A stretch of DNA of 64,000 nucleotides. Source: Gammaproteobacteria bacterium (GTDB taxonomy: Bacteria; Pseudomonadota; Gammaproteobacteria; Steroidobacterales; GCA-2729495). Of the stretch, positions 8,323-17,697 are shown piece by piece (positions within the stretch are counted from its first letter, which is position 1; each line of letters begins with the position of its first letter). A model generated the notes under the pieces. The model was not told where the DNA came from. It worked only from the letters and a program-made list of their open reading frames with translations, and did not search any database. The position numbers and the translations under genes are program-made. The stretch lies in the NCBI GenBank assembly GCA_027293165.1, contig JAPUGB010000013.1, forward strand, positions 2,604 to 66,603, read 5' to 3'.

Positions 8323-9096
8323 ATGGATTTTCAGCATCAATTGATTGCCCTTGACACGATTGTTACGAAGGAATGCACTCGGGTGCTGCGAATCTGGATC
8401 CAGACGATTGTCCCGCCTGCAATCACGATGACACTGTATTTCATCATCTTCGGCAATCTGATCGGGCGGCGCATTGGTGAAATGGGCGGCTTTGATTATA
8501 TGCAGTATATGGCTCCCGGCTCGATCATGATGTCGGTAATCACCAATTCCTATGGCAACGTCGTGTCATCATTTTTTGCGGCCAAGTTCCAGGGACATCT
8601 GCAGGAGATGATAGTGGCGCCAATGGCGAACTGGGTCATCGTACTCGGGCACGTTGCCGGCGGCGTGGTGAGAGGTATGGCTGTGGGCCTGGTTGTAACC
8701 ATCGTCGCCCTGTTCTTCACGCCGATCGAGGTACAGCATCCGTTCATCGCAGTCAGCATGGTGATACTGACGGCGTTCGTTTTCTCCATGGGTGGAATGA
8801 TCAATGCGATTTTCGCTAAGAAGTTCGACGACGTGGCGATCATTCCGTCGTTCGTGCTCGGCCCCCTGACTTACCTGGGAGGTGTTTTCTACACGATTTC
8901 GCTGTTACCGGATTTCTGGGCCCGGCTGTCCACGTTCAATCCGATTCTCTATATGGTGAATGGCTTGCGTTATGGAATGCTCGGCGTTTCGGATATCAGC
9001 ATCGTTCGGGCCTATGTGATCATACTGATCTTCGTTGTGGGACTGTTCTGGTTCTGTATGTACCTGCTCAACCGGGGCGTTGGCATCCGGGAGTGA
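8323..9096 (+). CDS. ABC-2 type transporter permease (YadH-like)
   Basis: Near full-length similarity to YadH (RIWIQTIVPPAITMTLYFIIFGNLIG, FVLGPLTYLGGVFY). ATG at 8323; a TTG at 8317 is an alternative start. Confidence 0.9.
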   Translation: MDFQHQLIALDTIVTKECTRVLRIWIQTIVPPAITMTLYFIIFGNLIGRRIGEMGGFDYMQYMAPGSIMMSVITNSYGNVVSSFFAAKFQGHLQEMIVAPMANWVIVLGHVAGGVVRGMAVGLVVTIVALFFTPIEVQHPFIAVSMVILTAFVFSMGGMINAIFAKKFDDVAIIPSFVLGPLTYLGGVFYTISLLPDFWARLSTFNPILYMVNGLRYGMLGVSDISIVRAYVIILIFVVGLFWFCMYLLNRGVGIRE

Positions 9097-9105
9097 GGGG
9101 TTCTC

Positions 9106-9771
9106 ATGTGTGGCCGCTTTGCATTTTTCTCGCCCCGGGAAGCGGTGCAGGAGTATTTCGGCATTGAGGTGCCGTTTGCGTTAGAGCCCCGTTACAACGT
9201 GGCGCCCTCTCAGGAAGTAGCCGTGATCCGCCAACAGGCCGATACCCAACCAGAGGCGGCGATGCTCAAATGGGGGCTGGTACCTTTCTGGTCAAAGGAT
9301 GCTGTTATCGGTAACCGGATGATCAACGCTCGCGCGGAGACGGTCGCCCAGAAACCGGCGTTTCGCCAAGCGTTCAAACGCCGTCGATGCGTAATCCTGG
9401 CCGACGGTTTCTATGAGTGGCACACGGAAGATGGGCGCAAGACGCCGTATTTTATTTCGCTTAAGACCGATCACCCGTTCGCCATGGCGGGCTTGTGGGA
9501 GAGCTGGCAAACAGATGATCGTCCCCCGCTGGAGACATGCACGATCATTACGACAATGGCGAGCCAGTCGATCGGCAAGCTTCACGACCGTATGCCCGTC
9601 ATCCTCGATTTGCCCACAACGATGGACTGGATCCAGGCAGAGCGCGAACCGGAGGCGCTGATTGCGGTGCTGAAATCCTATAACGACGAGGAAATTCAGG
9701 CATGGCCAGTCAACCGGACCGTGAACAATCCGGCAAATCAGGGTCCCACACTGATTGAACGCGCCGCTTAA
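9106..9771 (+). CDS. SOS response-associated peptidase (SRAP/YedK, abasic-site processing protein)
   Basis: Starts MCGRF (catalytic Cys2) and has a typical SRAP core (YNVAPSQ, WGLVPFW, NARAET, DGFYEW). Confidence 0.9.
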   Translation: MCGRFAFFSPREAVQEYFGIEVPFALEPRYNVAPSQEVAVIRQQADTQPEAAMLKWGLVPFWSKDAVIGNRMINARAETVAQKPAFRQAFKRRRCVILADGFYEWHTEDGRKTPYFISLKTDHPFAMAGLWESWQTDDRPPLETCTIITTMASQSIGKLHDRMPVILDLPTTMDWIQAEREPEALIAVLKSYNDEEIQAWPVNRTVNNPANQGPTLIERAA

Positions 9772-9783
9772 GCTGCAATTTGC

Positions 9784-11637
9784 TCAGTGTTTACTGCGGC
9801 CGTTACTGCTCAATGGCCGGTATTCCTGAATGGACACCAGCAGCGCACCCGGGCCGGCGTGTACGCCGACGGCCGAGCCGAGCTCCGTGACATAACTCGA
9901 TTCAATACCGGGTAGTTTGTCCAGCAGTTCCTCACGCAGCCGGTTGGCATCGTCTTGACAATTGGCATGGCCAATCGCAACGCGATAGGTCTTTCCCGGC
10001 TGCGTTCGTCGGGCAACGTGGCGTGCAAAGCGACGCAGCAAATCCCGACGCCCAGCCATGAAGTTCCTGACTCCGATCGTCCCGTCAATGGTGTTGCTCA
10101 GTATTGGCGTCAGTCGCAGGCGATCCGCCAGCCACTTGATCGAAGGTCTGATGCGACCACCCCGCACCGCATAGCTCAAATCTGTGACGAGGCCAAAGGT
10201 CTGCGTCTGTGCAGCGATCTCGTCCACCGATGTGAGCACTCCGTCAAGCGAATAACCGGCCCGAACGCATTCAGCGGCATGCATTGCGATAAGACCCTGT
10301 CCCAGCGATACGTTCCTGCTGTCAACAACGGTAATATGCTCTGATCTCTGCGCCCGTTGTGCGGCGGTGGCGGCCGCCTGCCAGGTACCGCTGGCCTTTT
10401 TGGTCAGACTGATCGAGATCACATGTTGGAAGTGAGATCCGAGATAGTCATACATGCGCCTGAAATCACCCGGGGCCGGCTGCGAGGTTCGCGCACGCTC
10501 GGGATTGCTTACCAACTCCTGAAGGAATTGCTCGGGAGTCAGGCCCACTTTATCGAGATAGGTTTCGCTACCAAAACTGATTCGCAACGACACGATATGA
10601 ATATCCAGATCGTGTATGGCCGAGTCGGGCATGTCCGCCGCGGAGTCGGTTACGATGGCGATACGCCGATTGGCGAGGCGCATCGTCTCGGTCTGATGCA
10701 AAATATCATCGGCCTTTTGATCACTGACGGCGCCAAAGTTTGAAGCGACATCGAACACGGTTGAAGGCTCGTCAACGTGAATGTGAATCTTGATCTTATT
10801 CTGATTGCCCGCGACGACCAGACTGCTACCGAGATCTGTCAGGCATTCGCGCAACTTGCGGAGATCGATATTCTGGCCGTTCAGCACGCACTCCGTGCAA
10901 TAGCGATGATCAACCGTTCCGCTCCACTGCGCAGCATTCAGGGTTGATGGGTTTGCCACCGAGAGTTTGCTTGGCTCAGCTGCGGCAGTCAGCGATCCTT
11001 GCCGCAGGAATGCCTCAATGCCCTCGAGCATCACGACGAAACCCCTGGCCCCGGCGTCGACCACACCGGCTCGCCGGAGTTCCTCTAGCTGATCGGTGGT
11101 GGCCTGCAGCGATTTCTGGGCTACCTCGAGCCCCGCATGCAAAAGTGTGGTGAAGTCGGCTGCTCCATCCCTGTCCGCGCAACCACGGATCGCTTCCGCG
11201 TAAGCGCCGATGACGGTGATAATTGTGCCTTCCTTCGGTGAACTGAGAGCGGTGCGAGCGTATTCGTCGGCGGCCTTCAACGCAGCGGCGAATTCGGTGG
11301 CGTGGATTCTTTCTCGGTCACCGAGGGCATCGGCCAAACCCTGAAAGAATTGGGCGAATATTGCCCCGGAGTTGCCCCTGGCTCCGTCCAGTGCGGCATC
11401 TGCAACGCGGGTCAGCAACTCGCCGGCATGCCGTGAATCGAACTGGCGCAATGCATCGGTAATCGTGGCGACGGTAAGAGCGAGGTTCGTACCCGTGTCG
11501 CCGTCTGGAACAGGGAAGACGTTGATTCGGTTCAGCGGTTCCTGCTCGGCGACGATGCGCTCGAAGCCCGCGCATAGACTTCGCTTGAGGCGCTTACCGT
11601 CCAGGTATCTGATGCTGGCGTGTGGGCCCGAATTCAT
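9784..11637 (-). CDS. Dak2 (DhaL)-domain / DegV-domain fusion protein (FakA-FakB-like)
   Basis: 617 aa. The N-terminus has VFPVPDGDTGTNLALT (Dak2 nucleotide-binding domain). The middle has an HRYCTECV block as in YloV/FakA. The C-terminal ~290 aa carry DegV hallmarks (IAIVTDSAADMPD, TSQPAPGDF, ISLTKKASGTWQAA). Confidence 0.8.
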   Translation of the reverse strand: MNSGPHASIRYLDGKRLKRSLCAGFERIVAEQEPLNRINVFPVPDGDTGTNLALTVATITDALRQFDSRHAGELLTRVADAALDGARGNSGAIFAQFFQGLADALGDRERIHATEFAAALKAADEYARTALSSPKEGTIITVIGAYAEAIRGCADRDGAADFTTLLHAGLEVAQKSLQATTDQLEELRRAGVVDAGARGFVVMLEGIEAFLRQGSLTAAAEPSKLSVANPSTLNAAQWSGTVDHRYCTECVLNGQNIDLRKLRECLTDLGSSLVVAGNQNKIKIHIHVDEPSTVFDVASNFGAVSDQKADDILHQTETMRLANRRIAIVTDSAADMPDSAIHDLDIHIVSLRISFGSETYLDKVGLTPEQFLQELVSNPERARTSQPAPGDFRRMYDYLGSHFQHVISISLTKKASGTWQAAATAAQRAQRSEHITVVDSRNVSLGQGLIAMHAAECVRAGYSLDGVLTSVDEIAAQTQTFGLVTDLSYAVRGGRIRPSIKWLADRLRLTPILSNTIDGTIGVRNFMAGRRDLLRRFARHVARRTQPGKTYRVAIGHANCQDDANRLREELLDKLPGIESSYVTELGSAVGVHAGPGALLVSIQEYRPLSSNGRSKH

Positions 11638-11653
11638 TCAGCTATCAAGCCGT

Positions 11654-12301
11654 TTAATCTCTGCTTAACAGGAAGCGGCTGCCCTGATGAATCATTACCA
11701 CGCCCGACTCGGTAATCTCTTCCACAGCCGGGCCTTCCTGCAATCGGTCACCTTCACGGTATTTGGCCATGTTGATAAACACGAATCGCTCCGCGGGCGA
11801 GGGACTATAGACGTGGATGTCGAGATGCAACGGCGGCACCGATAGATTGCCGGCAACGATGGCCTCATTCATGGTTGGCAGATTAACGTAGGCCGGGTTG
11901 CGGCGAGGCGTGGGTTCGCTATCTGCAACCGGCGCGGCAGCGATGTTCCCGGATTGTTGTACCGCCGAGGAAGGTACGGTCCTGCTGCGCTCGGCTTCTT
12001 TGGATAGATTCCGGACGCGGAGACTCTCTGCCGTCGCGCCGATTCCAGGGCCAGTTTTTGGTGCCGCGGTCGATGTTGCCCGTTCACCATTAGAAGCGGG
12101 AACAGAATCTGAATTTCGATACCAGCCAAACCAGAAAATTGCCAACAGGATGACGTTTGCACCCAGAAGCGCGGCAACCACTGCAACCCAGGGACTGCGG
12201 TGTTGCTTCGTGGGTGTGACCCGCACATCCGCAAGTTCTGGTGAGGTATGCCTCCGGCGTTCGTTTTCCGACTTACGCAGCGCATCAAGGATGAACGACA
12301 T
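11654..12301 (-). CDS. gspB: General secretion pathway protein B (GspB/ExeB)
   Basis: Typical MSFILDALRKSENERR N-terminus, one TM segment, and a position directly downstream of exeA/gspA. Confidence 0.7.
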   Translation of the reverse strand: MSFILDALRKSENERRRHTSPELADVRVTPTKQHRSPWVAVVAALLGANVILLAIFWFGWYRNSDSVPASNGERATSTAAPKTGPGIGATAESLRVRNLSKEAERSRTVPSSAVQQSGNIAAAPVADSEPTPRRNPAYVNLPTMNEAIVAGNLSVPPLHLDIHVYSPSPAERFVFINMAKYREGDRLQEGPAVEEITESGVVMIHQGSRFLLSRD

Positions 12302-12306
12302 GGCCT

Positions 12307-13971
12307 CTAATTTACCGTTACAAGTTTCGGAATGCCGGACGTGCCCAGATCGGAATTGATTGCAATCTGAGTCTGTTGTCCCACCAAGCCATCAACATCG
12401 AGGCGGCGACTTTTCTGGTAATCCTTCACGCGAGCCTCGAGATCCTGATCATAATGATCCGAGTTCATCGGTGCGATGGGTCGACCCTGGATGGTCGCCA
12501 GGCTTTCCCGCAACCAGCCGACCCCAGGATCGCGCATACCCGGATAGAACGATGTCTGTTCACCTGTCTGTGGTCGCCACAACAACAGATAGTCGCCGAA
12601 CCAGTGGTCAGCAACGTCACCCAGAGCCACGGAAAAAGTATTTCTGCCGATACCGATCGTGCCTCGGTAATCGCCCATACTTTGTAGAACAACATGATGC
12701 GGTGAGCCTGAATCGTCGTGCAGGTTCAATATGACTGGCCGATTGAGGCTCTGTACCTCAGACAGGGAACCGCGTTGGTACAGACAAAACAGATTGTGCA
12801 TCTCCGCCTGATCGCAAGCGTTCGGTGCGTCCTGTCGGTGTTCCACGCCCCATAGTCTGAACAAAGTACCGAAGGCTGTATCGGTGGACGTTGCGGCACC
12901 ACCGTGACGCTGTAGCACTTCCTCTAACGGCTGCTGAGTATATTCAGACTCAGGTCCGTCGTTAACGGTCTCAGTAGGGGTAGGCGCCACGATGGTGCTT
13001 GCTTGCGATGCGTTCATTTCGCCGATCCCCTCGCTGGCTGCCGGCACTGCTTCGAGCGTAGGGCCGGCCGCGATGCGAATTCCGGTCCAGACAAGGCCTA
13101 GCGCGACCGCGACAATTGCAATCGTAGCGGCGGCGATTCGCCACCATCTTTCCTTGCGCATGCCGGTGTCGTAAACCTCCTCTGCAGCAAGTCGAACCAG
13201 CGCCGGGGAAATTTCGGGCAGGTCCTGCGTATATGCACCCAACAGCGCGCGGTCGCTGACCACGTTTATGATTCTTGGTACGCCGCCGGATCGACGAAAA
13301 ACTTCCTCCCTGGCCGAGGTCGTGAAGATTGGTCCGGTGGCGCCCGCAACGCTCAGGCGGTGCTCTATGTAGGCGGAAGTTTCTTCCCTGGACAACGGTT
13401 CCAGGTGGTAGCGTCCGGTGATGCGCTGCGCCAACTGGCGCATATCGTCCCGATTTAGCAATTTCCGTAATTCAGGTTGGCCGATTAGGATGATTTGCAA
13501 CAGCTTCTGCCGCGCGGTTTCCAGATTTGTCAGCAGCCGAATCTGTTCTAGTACATCAACTGTCAGATTCTGCGCTTCATCGACAATTAATACGGTGCGC
13601 TGTCCCTTGCCGTGATTTTTCAACAGGTAATGATTCAGCACCGTAATGAGAGACTTGACGTTTGCCGAACCACTCGGCCGGCGAATCCGCAGTTCTTCGG
13701 CGATGGTAATCAGAAACTCTATGCAGGAGAGTTGGGGATTGAGAACTAGTGCAACCTCGGTATTTTCGGGTAACCGCTGAAGCAGGCTGCGTATCAGCGT
13801 GGTTTTTCCCGTGCCTACCTCTCCAGTGAGCTGAACGAAGCCGCCACTCTCCGTGATTCCATAAACAAGATGGGCAAGCGCTTCCGAATGCCGCTCGCTC
13901 ATATAGAGGTATCGCGGGTCCGGCGTAATTGAGAAGGGTTTTTCGTTTAAGCCAAAGAAACTGGTGTACAT
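12307..13971 (-). CDS. gspA: ExeA/GspA AAA ATPase with C-terminal peptidoglycan-binding domain
   Basis: N-terminus FFGLNEKPFSITPDPRYLYMSERHSEAL, Walker A GEVGTGKTT, TM segment, C-terminal DGLVGQQTQIAI PG-binding motif. Confidence 0.85.
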   Translation of the reverse strand: MYTSFFGLNEKPFSITPDPRYLYMSERHSEALAHLVYGITESGGFVQLTGEVGTGKTTLIRSLLQRLPENTEVALVLNPQLSCIEFLITIAEELRIRRPSGSANVKSLITVLNHYLLKNHGKGQRTVLIVDEAQNLTVDVLEQIRLLTNLETARQKLLQIILIGQPELRKLLNRDDMRQLAQRITGRYHLEPLSREETSAYIEHRLSVAGATGPIFTTSAREEVFRRSGGVPRIINVVSDRALLGAYTQDLPEISPALVRLAAEEVYDTGMRKERWWRIAAATIAIVAVALGLVWTGIRIAAGPTLEAVPAASEGIGEMNASQASTIVAPTPTETVNDGPESEYTQQPLEEVLQRHGGAATSTDTAFGTLFRLWGVEHRQDAPNACDQAEMHNLFCLYQRGSLSEVQSLNRPVILNLHDDSGSPHHVVLQSMGDYRGTIGIGRNTFSVALGDVADHWFGDYLLLWRPQTGEQTSFYPGMRDPGVGWLRESLATIQGRPIAPMNSDHYDQDLEARVKDYQKSRRLDVDGLVGQQTQIAINSDLGTSGIPKLVTVN

Positions 13972-14062
13972 GCCTTGGGTCCGGCGCCACCTGACCGCCG
14001 CTATTCTAACAGTTCAGCGCCACTGTCACCGGCCAATCAGCCCGAACACCGCGGCAATGCGA

Positions 14063-14953
14063 TCACGCTTCGCGCTGCACGACATATTCTGCAACCGCTC
14101 GCAGAATGTTGGCTTCCTGTCCAAACTGCTCAATTGCCGTCAGCGCTCTGGCGAGCAAATCGTCGGCACGCTCCCGCGCAGACTCCAACCCAAACAGAGC
14201 CGGATAGGTTGCCTTCCGCATTGCGGCGTCGGCACCGGCCTGTTTACCTATTTGTTCAGTTGACCCTTCAACATCGAGAATGTCGTCGCGAATCTGAAAG
14301 GCGAGTCCCAGCGCGTCTATGAAGCGTTCCAGGTCATTCAACGCCTGGCCATTTATATCATCGGCGCAATATGCTGCACTTATGACGCTTGCGCGCAACA
14401 AGCGACCAGTTTTTAGGCGATACATGTGTTCGAGTTCAGCCGCATCGAGCTGCCTACCTTCCGACGCTAAATCGATTGCCTGACCGCCGGTCATGCCATT
14501 CGACCCGCATGCATCAGCCAGGGTCCTGATTATCTTTATCTGCAAAGCGGGTCGATTCAGCAAAGCTGGATGTGCGGAGAGAAGCTTGAATGCAAGTGGT
14601 TGCAAAGCATCCGCCGCGAGTATAGCGGTCGCTACACCGTACTCCCGATGCGTGGTAGGTCTGCCGCGGCGAAGGTCGTCATCGTCCATCGCCGGCAGAT
14701 CGTCGTGCACGAGCGAGTATGCGTGCAGCAGTTCGACTGCTGCTGCAGGTGCATCCAGAACCGCCGGGTGTACCGACAGGGCCTCACCGGTTGCGTATAC
14801 GAGCGTTGGCCGCAGGCGTTTGCCGCCTCCCAAAACCGCATATCGCATCGCACTGTGCAGCCGGTCGGGCGGCAGCGTAGCGTCTGGAAGGCAGCTGTCG
14901 AGCATCTCCTCTACGCGCGCACGATATTCTTGAATTCGTTCCTTTGGCGACAT
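14063..14953 (-). CDS. ispA: (2E,6E)-farnesyl diphosphate synthase
   Basis: First and second aspartate-rich motifs LVHDDLPAMDDDDLRRGRPT and FQIRDDILD. Length 296 aa. Confidence 0.9.
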   Translation of the reverse strand: MSPKERIQEYRARVEEMLDSCLPDATLPPDRLHSAMRYAVLGGGKRLRPTLVYATGEALSVHPAVLDAPAAAVELLHAYSLVHDDLPAMDDDDLRRGRPTTHREYGVATAILAADALQPLAFKLLSAHPALLNRPALQIKIIRTLADACGSNGMTGGQAIDLASEGRQLDAAELEHMYRLKTGRLLRASVISAAYCADDINGQALNDLERFIDALGLAFQIRDDILDVEGSTEQIGKQAGADAAMRKATYPALFGLESARERADDLLARALTAIEQFGQEANILRAVAEYVVQREA

Positions 14954-15091
14954 TTTTTCAGTATAGCGATATTGCCAAACCAGAAAGGATAGTGCCCATG
15001 TCGTCTAAGGCCAACGCCAAAAGCAACGCAAGCTATAATGCCGGACCGCCAAAGGTTCCTGTATACCACAAATTGTTTGAGACCCCGCCGG

Positions 15092-16057
15092 ATGCGAGCG
15101 ACTGCTATAGCGCAACCAAATATTGCACTGATCAAGTATTGGGGTAAGCGTGACAGCGACCGGAACTTGCCAGCGGTCGGTTCACTTTCGGTAACCCTCG
15201 GCTCGATCGGTACCCGCACGACGGTGGAGTTCGACGCTGCGCTGGATTCAGATCGGGTACATATCAATGAGCAGGAAGTTGAATCTGTCGACCGCCGAGT
15301 TGAAAAGTGTCTGGATCGATTTCGCGAAAAGGCCGCGATCGCGCACAAGGCAGTTGTAACCACCGCAAACGATTTTCCTACTGGAGCCGGTCTTGCTTCA
15401 TCCGCTTCCGGGTTCGCGGCGCTGGTTGTGGCCGCTGATCGCGCACTGGACCTTAACCTGGGAGAGGACGAATTGGTTGATATAGCGCGTACCGGTTCCG
15501 GCTCGGCACCTCGCTCGCTATACGGCGGCTTCGTGCTGTTGGAAAATGATTCTGACGATGGCATTCGCTGTGGTTCTGTGCTCGGCCCGGAAACCTGGCC
15601 ATGGTCGATCATAATCGCGGTGACGTCGGAAGCTCCCAAAAAGGTAAGTTCCACGGATGGCATGGAATTGAGCCGAACGACTTCTCCTTACTTCTCGCGT
15701 TGGGTGGAAACGCATGATGCGGATCTTCGGGCTGCCGTTGCGAGCATCGAGGATAGAGATTTCGAAAAGTTGGGCGAACTTGCAGAACGCAATTGCCTGA
15801 AGATGCACGCTGTCGCGATGACGTCCCGGCCACCGTTGCTTTACTGGTCCGGCGCAACACTTGAATGCGCCCAGAACATCCGGGAACTGCGCAAAAGTGG
15901 AGTACCCGTGTTCTTTTCCATCGATGCAGGGCCCCAGTTAAAAGCGTTTTGTTTGCCGGACAACTCTGAAGAGGTCAGGGACTCACTGGAGAGCGTGCCA
16001 GGGGTATTACGTGTCATATCCAGCGAACTCGGAGAAGGTGCACGCATCGTCGAATGA
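15092..16057 (+). CDS. mvaD: Diphosphomevalonate decarboxylase
   Basis: Starts MRATAIAQPNIALIKYWGKRD. GHMP motif TGAGLASSASGFAAL. Start placed at the ATG at 15092 rather than the longer 15038 ORF. Confidence 0.85.
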   Translation: MRATAIAQPNIALIKYWGKRDSDRNLPAVGSLSVTLGSIGTRTTVEFDAALDSDRVHINEQEVESVDRRVEKCLDRFREKAAIAHKAVVTTANDFPTGAGLASSASGFAALVVAADRALDLNLGEDELVDIARTGSGSAPRSLYGGFVLLENDSDDGIRCGSVLGPETWPWSIIIAVTSEAPKKVSSTDGMELSRTTSPYFSRWVETHDADLRAAVASIEDRDFEKLGELAERNCLKMHAVAMTSRPPLLYWSGATLECAQNIRELRKSGVPVFFSIDAGPQLKAFCLPDNSEEVRDSLESVPGVLRVISSELGEGARIVE

Positions 16058-17112
16058 CAGGAATCATCGAAACTGACGCTCCGGGCAAGCTGGTACTGAT
16101 TGGTGAGTACGCGGTGCTGGAAGGCGCGCCAGCCATCGCCGTTGCCGTTGATACCAGAGCGAGGGTCTCGCTGCAGCCGCGGGAAAGTGCTGAGTGCACG
16201 CTGTTGATTGGCAACGATAAGTCCAAGTTTAGCTTTCACTGGACGCCAAGTGGCGAGCTTGACTGGGTTGACCCGGACGTTGGAGATCGTGGAATGCTTT
16301 TGGAAGCAACGGTGGTGACCTTGGCAGAGTTTGGGCTTATGCCGACCGACTTGCCCGGAATCGAACTGCGTATCGACTCCGAATCGCTCTACAGCTGCGC
16401 AGGCGATGGTACACCGTTGAAACTGGGCCTTGGTTCCAGCGCCGCAGTTTCTGTTGCGGTGACCGGCGCACTTTACCGACTGTTCACCGGTGAACATGCT
16501 GCCAGGTCCGATCTACTGGAGATTTGCTTGACGGGGCACCGGCGCTTCCAGGGCCAGTTGGGCAGCGGCATCGATGTTGCCAGTGCTCTATTCGGTGGCG
16601 TGATCGTACTGGAACCCCATTCCGGGTCGATCCCCAGCGTCACACCGCTGACATGGCCCGACGGACTGTTTGCATTGCCGGTATGGACCGGGGTGCCGGC
16701 CTCTACAATCAGCATGCTGGCTGCGGCCGACGCATTTCGGGAGGACTCGCCGGACTGCCACCGGTTGCATATGAACGCCCTGCAGGACATCGCCAACGCA
16801 GCGTTGGCGGCGTGGCGCGCTAATGACAGCGCTCGCCTGCTGGCGTTGATCGAAGAATACCGTCGTGAGTTGGAGAACTACGATAACGACTCAATGATAG
16901 GAATATTCTCGCCACCTCATCGCTCCCTGCAGCAGCTAATCGCGGCACGCGGAATGGTCTATAAACCCGCAGGTGCGGGCGGTGGAGATTGCGGCGTGGC
17001 GTTTGCAGACGACATCGAAACAATTGTTCAACTGAAGTCCGAGCTGCAGCATCAGGGGTTTACGTATAGCGATGCGGAATTGTGCGCGGAAGGCTTGCGC
17101 GACATCTCTTGA
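16054..17112 (+). CDS. Phosphomevalonate kinase (GHMP, ERG8 type)
   Basis: APGKLVLIGEYAVLEGAPAIAVAV N-terminus and LGLGSSAAVSVAVTGAL GHMP motif. ATGA overlap with mvaD (16054-16057). Confidence 0.75.
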   Translation: MTGIIETDAPGKLVLIGEYAVLEGAPAIAVAVDTRARVSLQPRESAECTLLIGNDKSKFSFHWTPSGELDWVDPDVGDRGMLLEATVVTLAEFGLMPTDLPGIELRIDSESLYSCAGDGTPLKLGLGSSAAVSVAVTGALYRLFTGEHAARSDLLEICLTGHRRFQGQLGSGIDVASALFGGVIVLEPHSGSIPSVTPLTWPDGLFALPVWTGVPASTISMLAAADAFREDSPDCHRLHMNALQDIANAALAAWRANDSARLLALIEEYRRELENYDNDSMIGIFSPPHRSLQQLIAARGMVYKPAGAGGGDCGVAFADDIETIVQLKSELQHQGFTYSDAELCAEGLRDIS

Positions 17113-17121
17113 TGCAAGCGT

Positions 17122-17601
17122 CTATTCGACCGTTATAGTGATCTTTTCGGACGTGATCGGTTGCTGGTGAGGTACGTGGTTGCCATCACCGACCAAGAGC
17201 TGCAGCGTATGTGGTCCCGAACTCAGTTCAACACCGGTCTCTGTTTGGCCCTTGCCGAAGTGGATGTGGTTTTCGTCTGCAGGGATAGGCAGGTCCACCG
17301 CCGGTAGCTGGGTGTCGATCAACAAATGATGGTGTCCGGTCTCCGGCTCGTACGTTCCGGCCGGAGCAATGTCGAGCCCCTCGAGGCCAAACTGAACCAA
17401 TACCGGAGACGAAACAGTTTCACCGTCCGTCGGCGTAACGAAAAAAACCCTGGCGTTGGTCGGAGCCGGTGTGCGCGGCGCCAGCGAGGTAGCGCTGCTC
17501 GCGCTTCCAGATGTTGCCGTCGCCGGTTGATCTTGCCGTGACTCGCACGCGTGGAGTAGAACCGCAAGACCTGCCAAGATAGCTAAAACTTTGTGATTCA
17601 T
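17122..17601 (-). CDS. DUF4399 domain lipoprotein
   Basis: Signal/lipobox MNHKVLAILAGLAVLLHAC. The GHHHLLID motif is typical of DUF4399. Start chosen at MNHK. Confidence 0.6.
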   Translation of the reverse strand: MNHKVLAILAGLAVLLHACESRQDQPATATSGSASSATSLAPRTPAPTNARVFFVTPTDGETVSSPVLVQFGLEGLDIAPAGTYEPETGHHHLLIDTQLPAVDLPIPADENHIHFGKGQTETGVELSSGPHTLQLLVGDGNHVPHQQPITSEKITITVE

Positions 17602-17697
17602 GGTTTTTGTCCAGCTGCGTTGCGACAGACCGACTATGGTACTCCGGTTCACCAATCGTGTCAGGAACGGGCCGGTCCACGCCGCCGCACTGTAAGG

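Noticed and set aside
11654-13971. Type II secretion gene cluster
   Set aside because: Only the accessory exeA/gspA and exeB/gspB genes are present. No gspC-M, secretin or pseudopilin genes are in the window, so this is not a secretion-system locus in itself.
14911-15663. 250-aa minus-strand ORF across the ispA-mvaD junction, and similar long antisense ORFs at 15841-16497, 30622-31482, 32182-32955 and 50790-51455
   Set aside because: All lie antisense to genes with strong family signatures and have Ser/Arg/Ala/Pro-rich low-complexity composition. There is no independent support for them.
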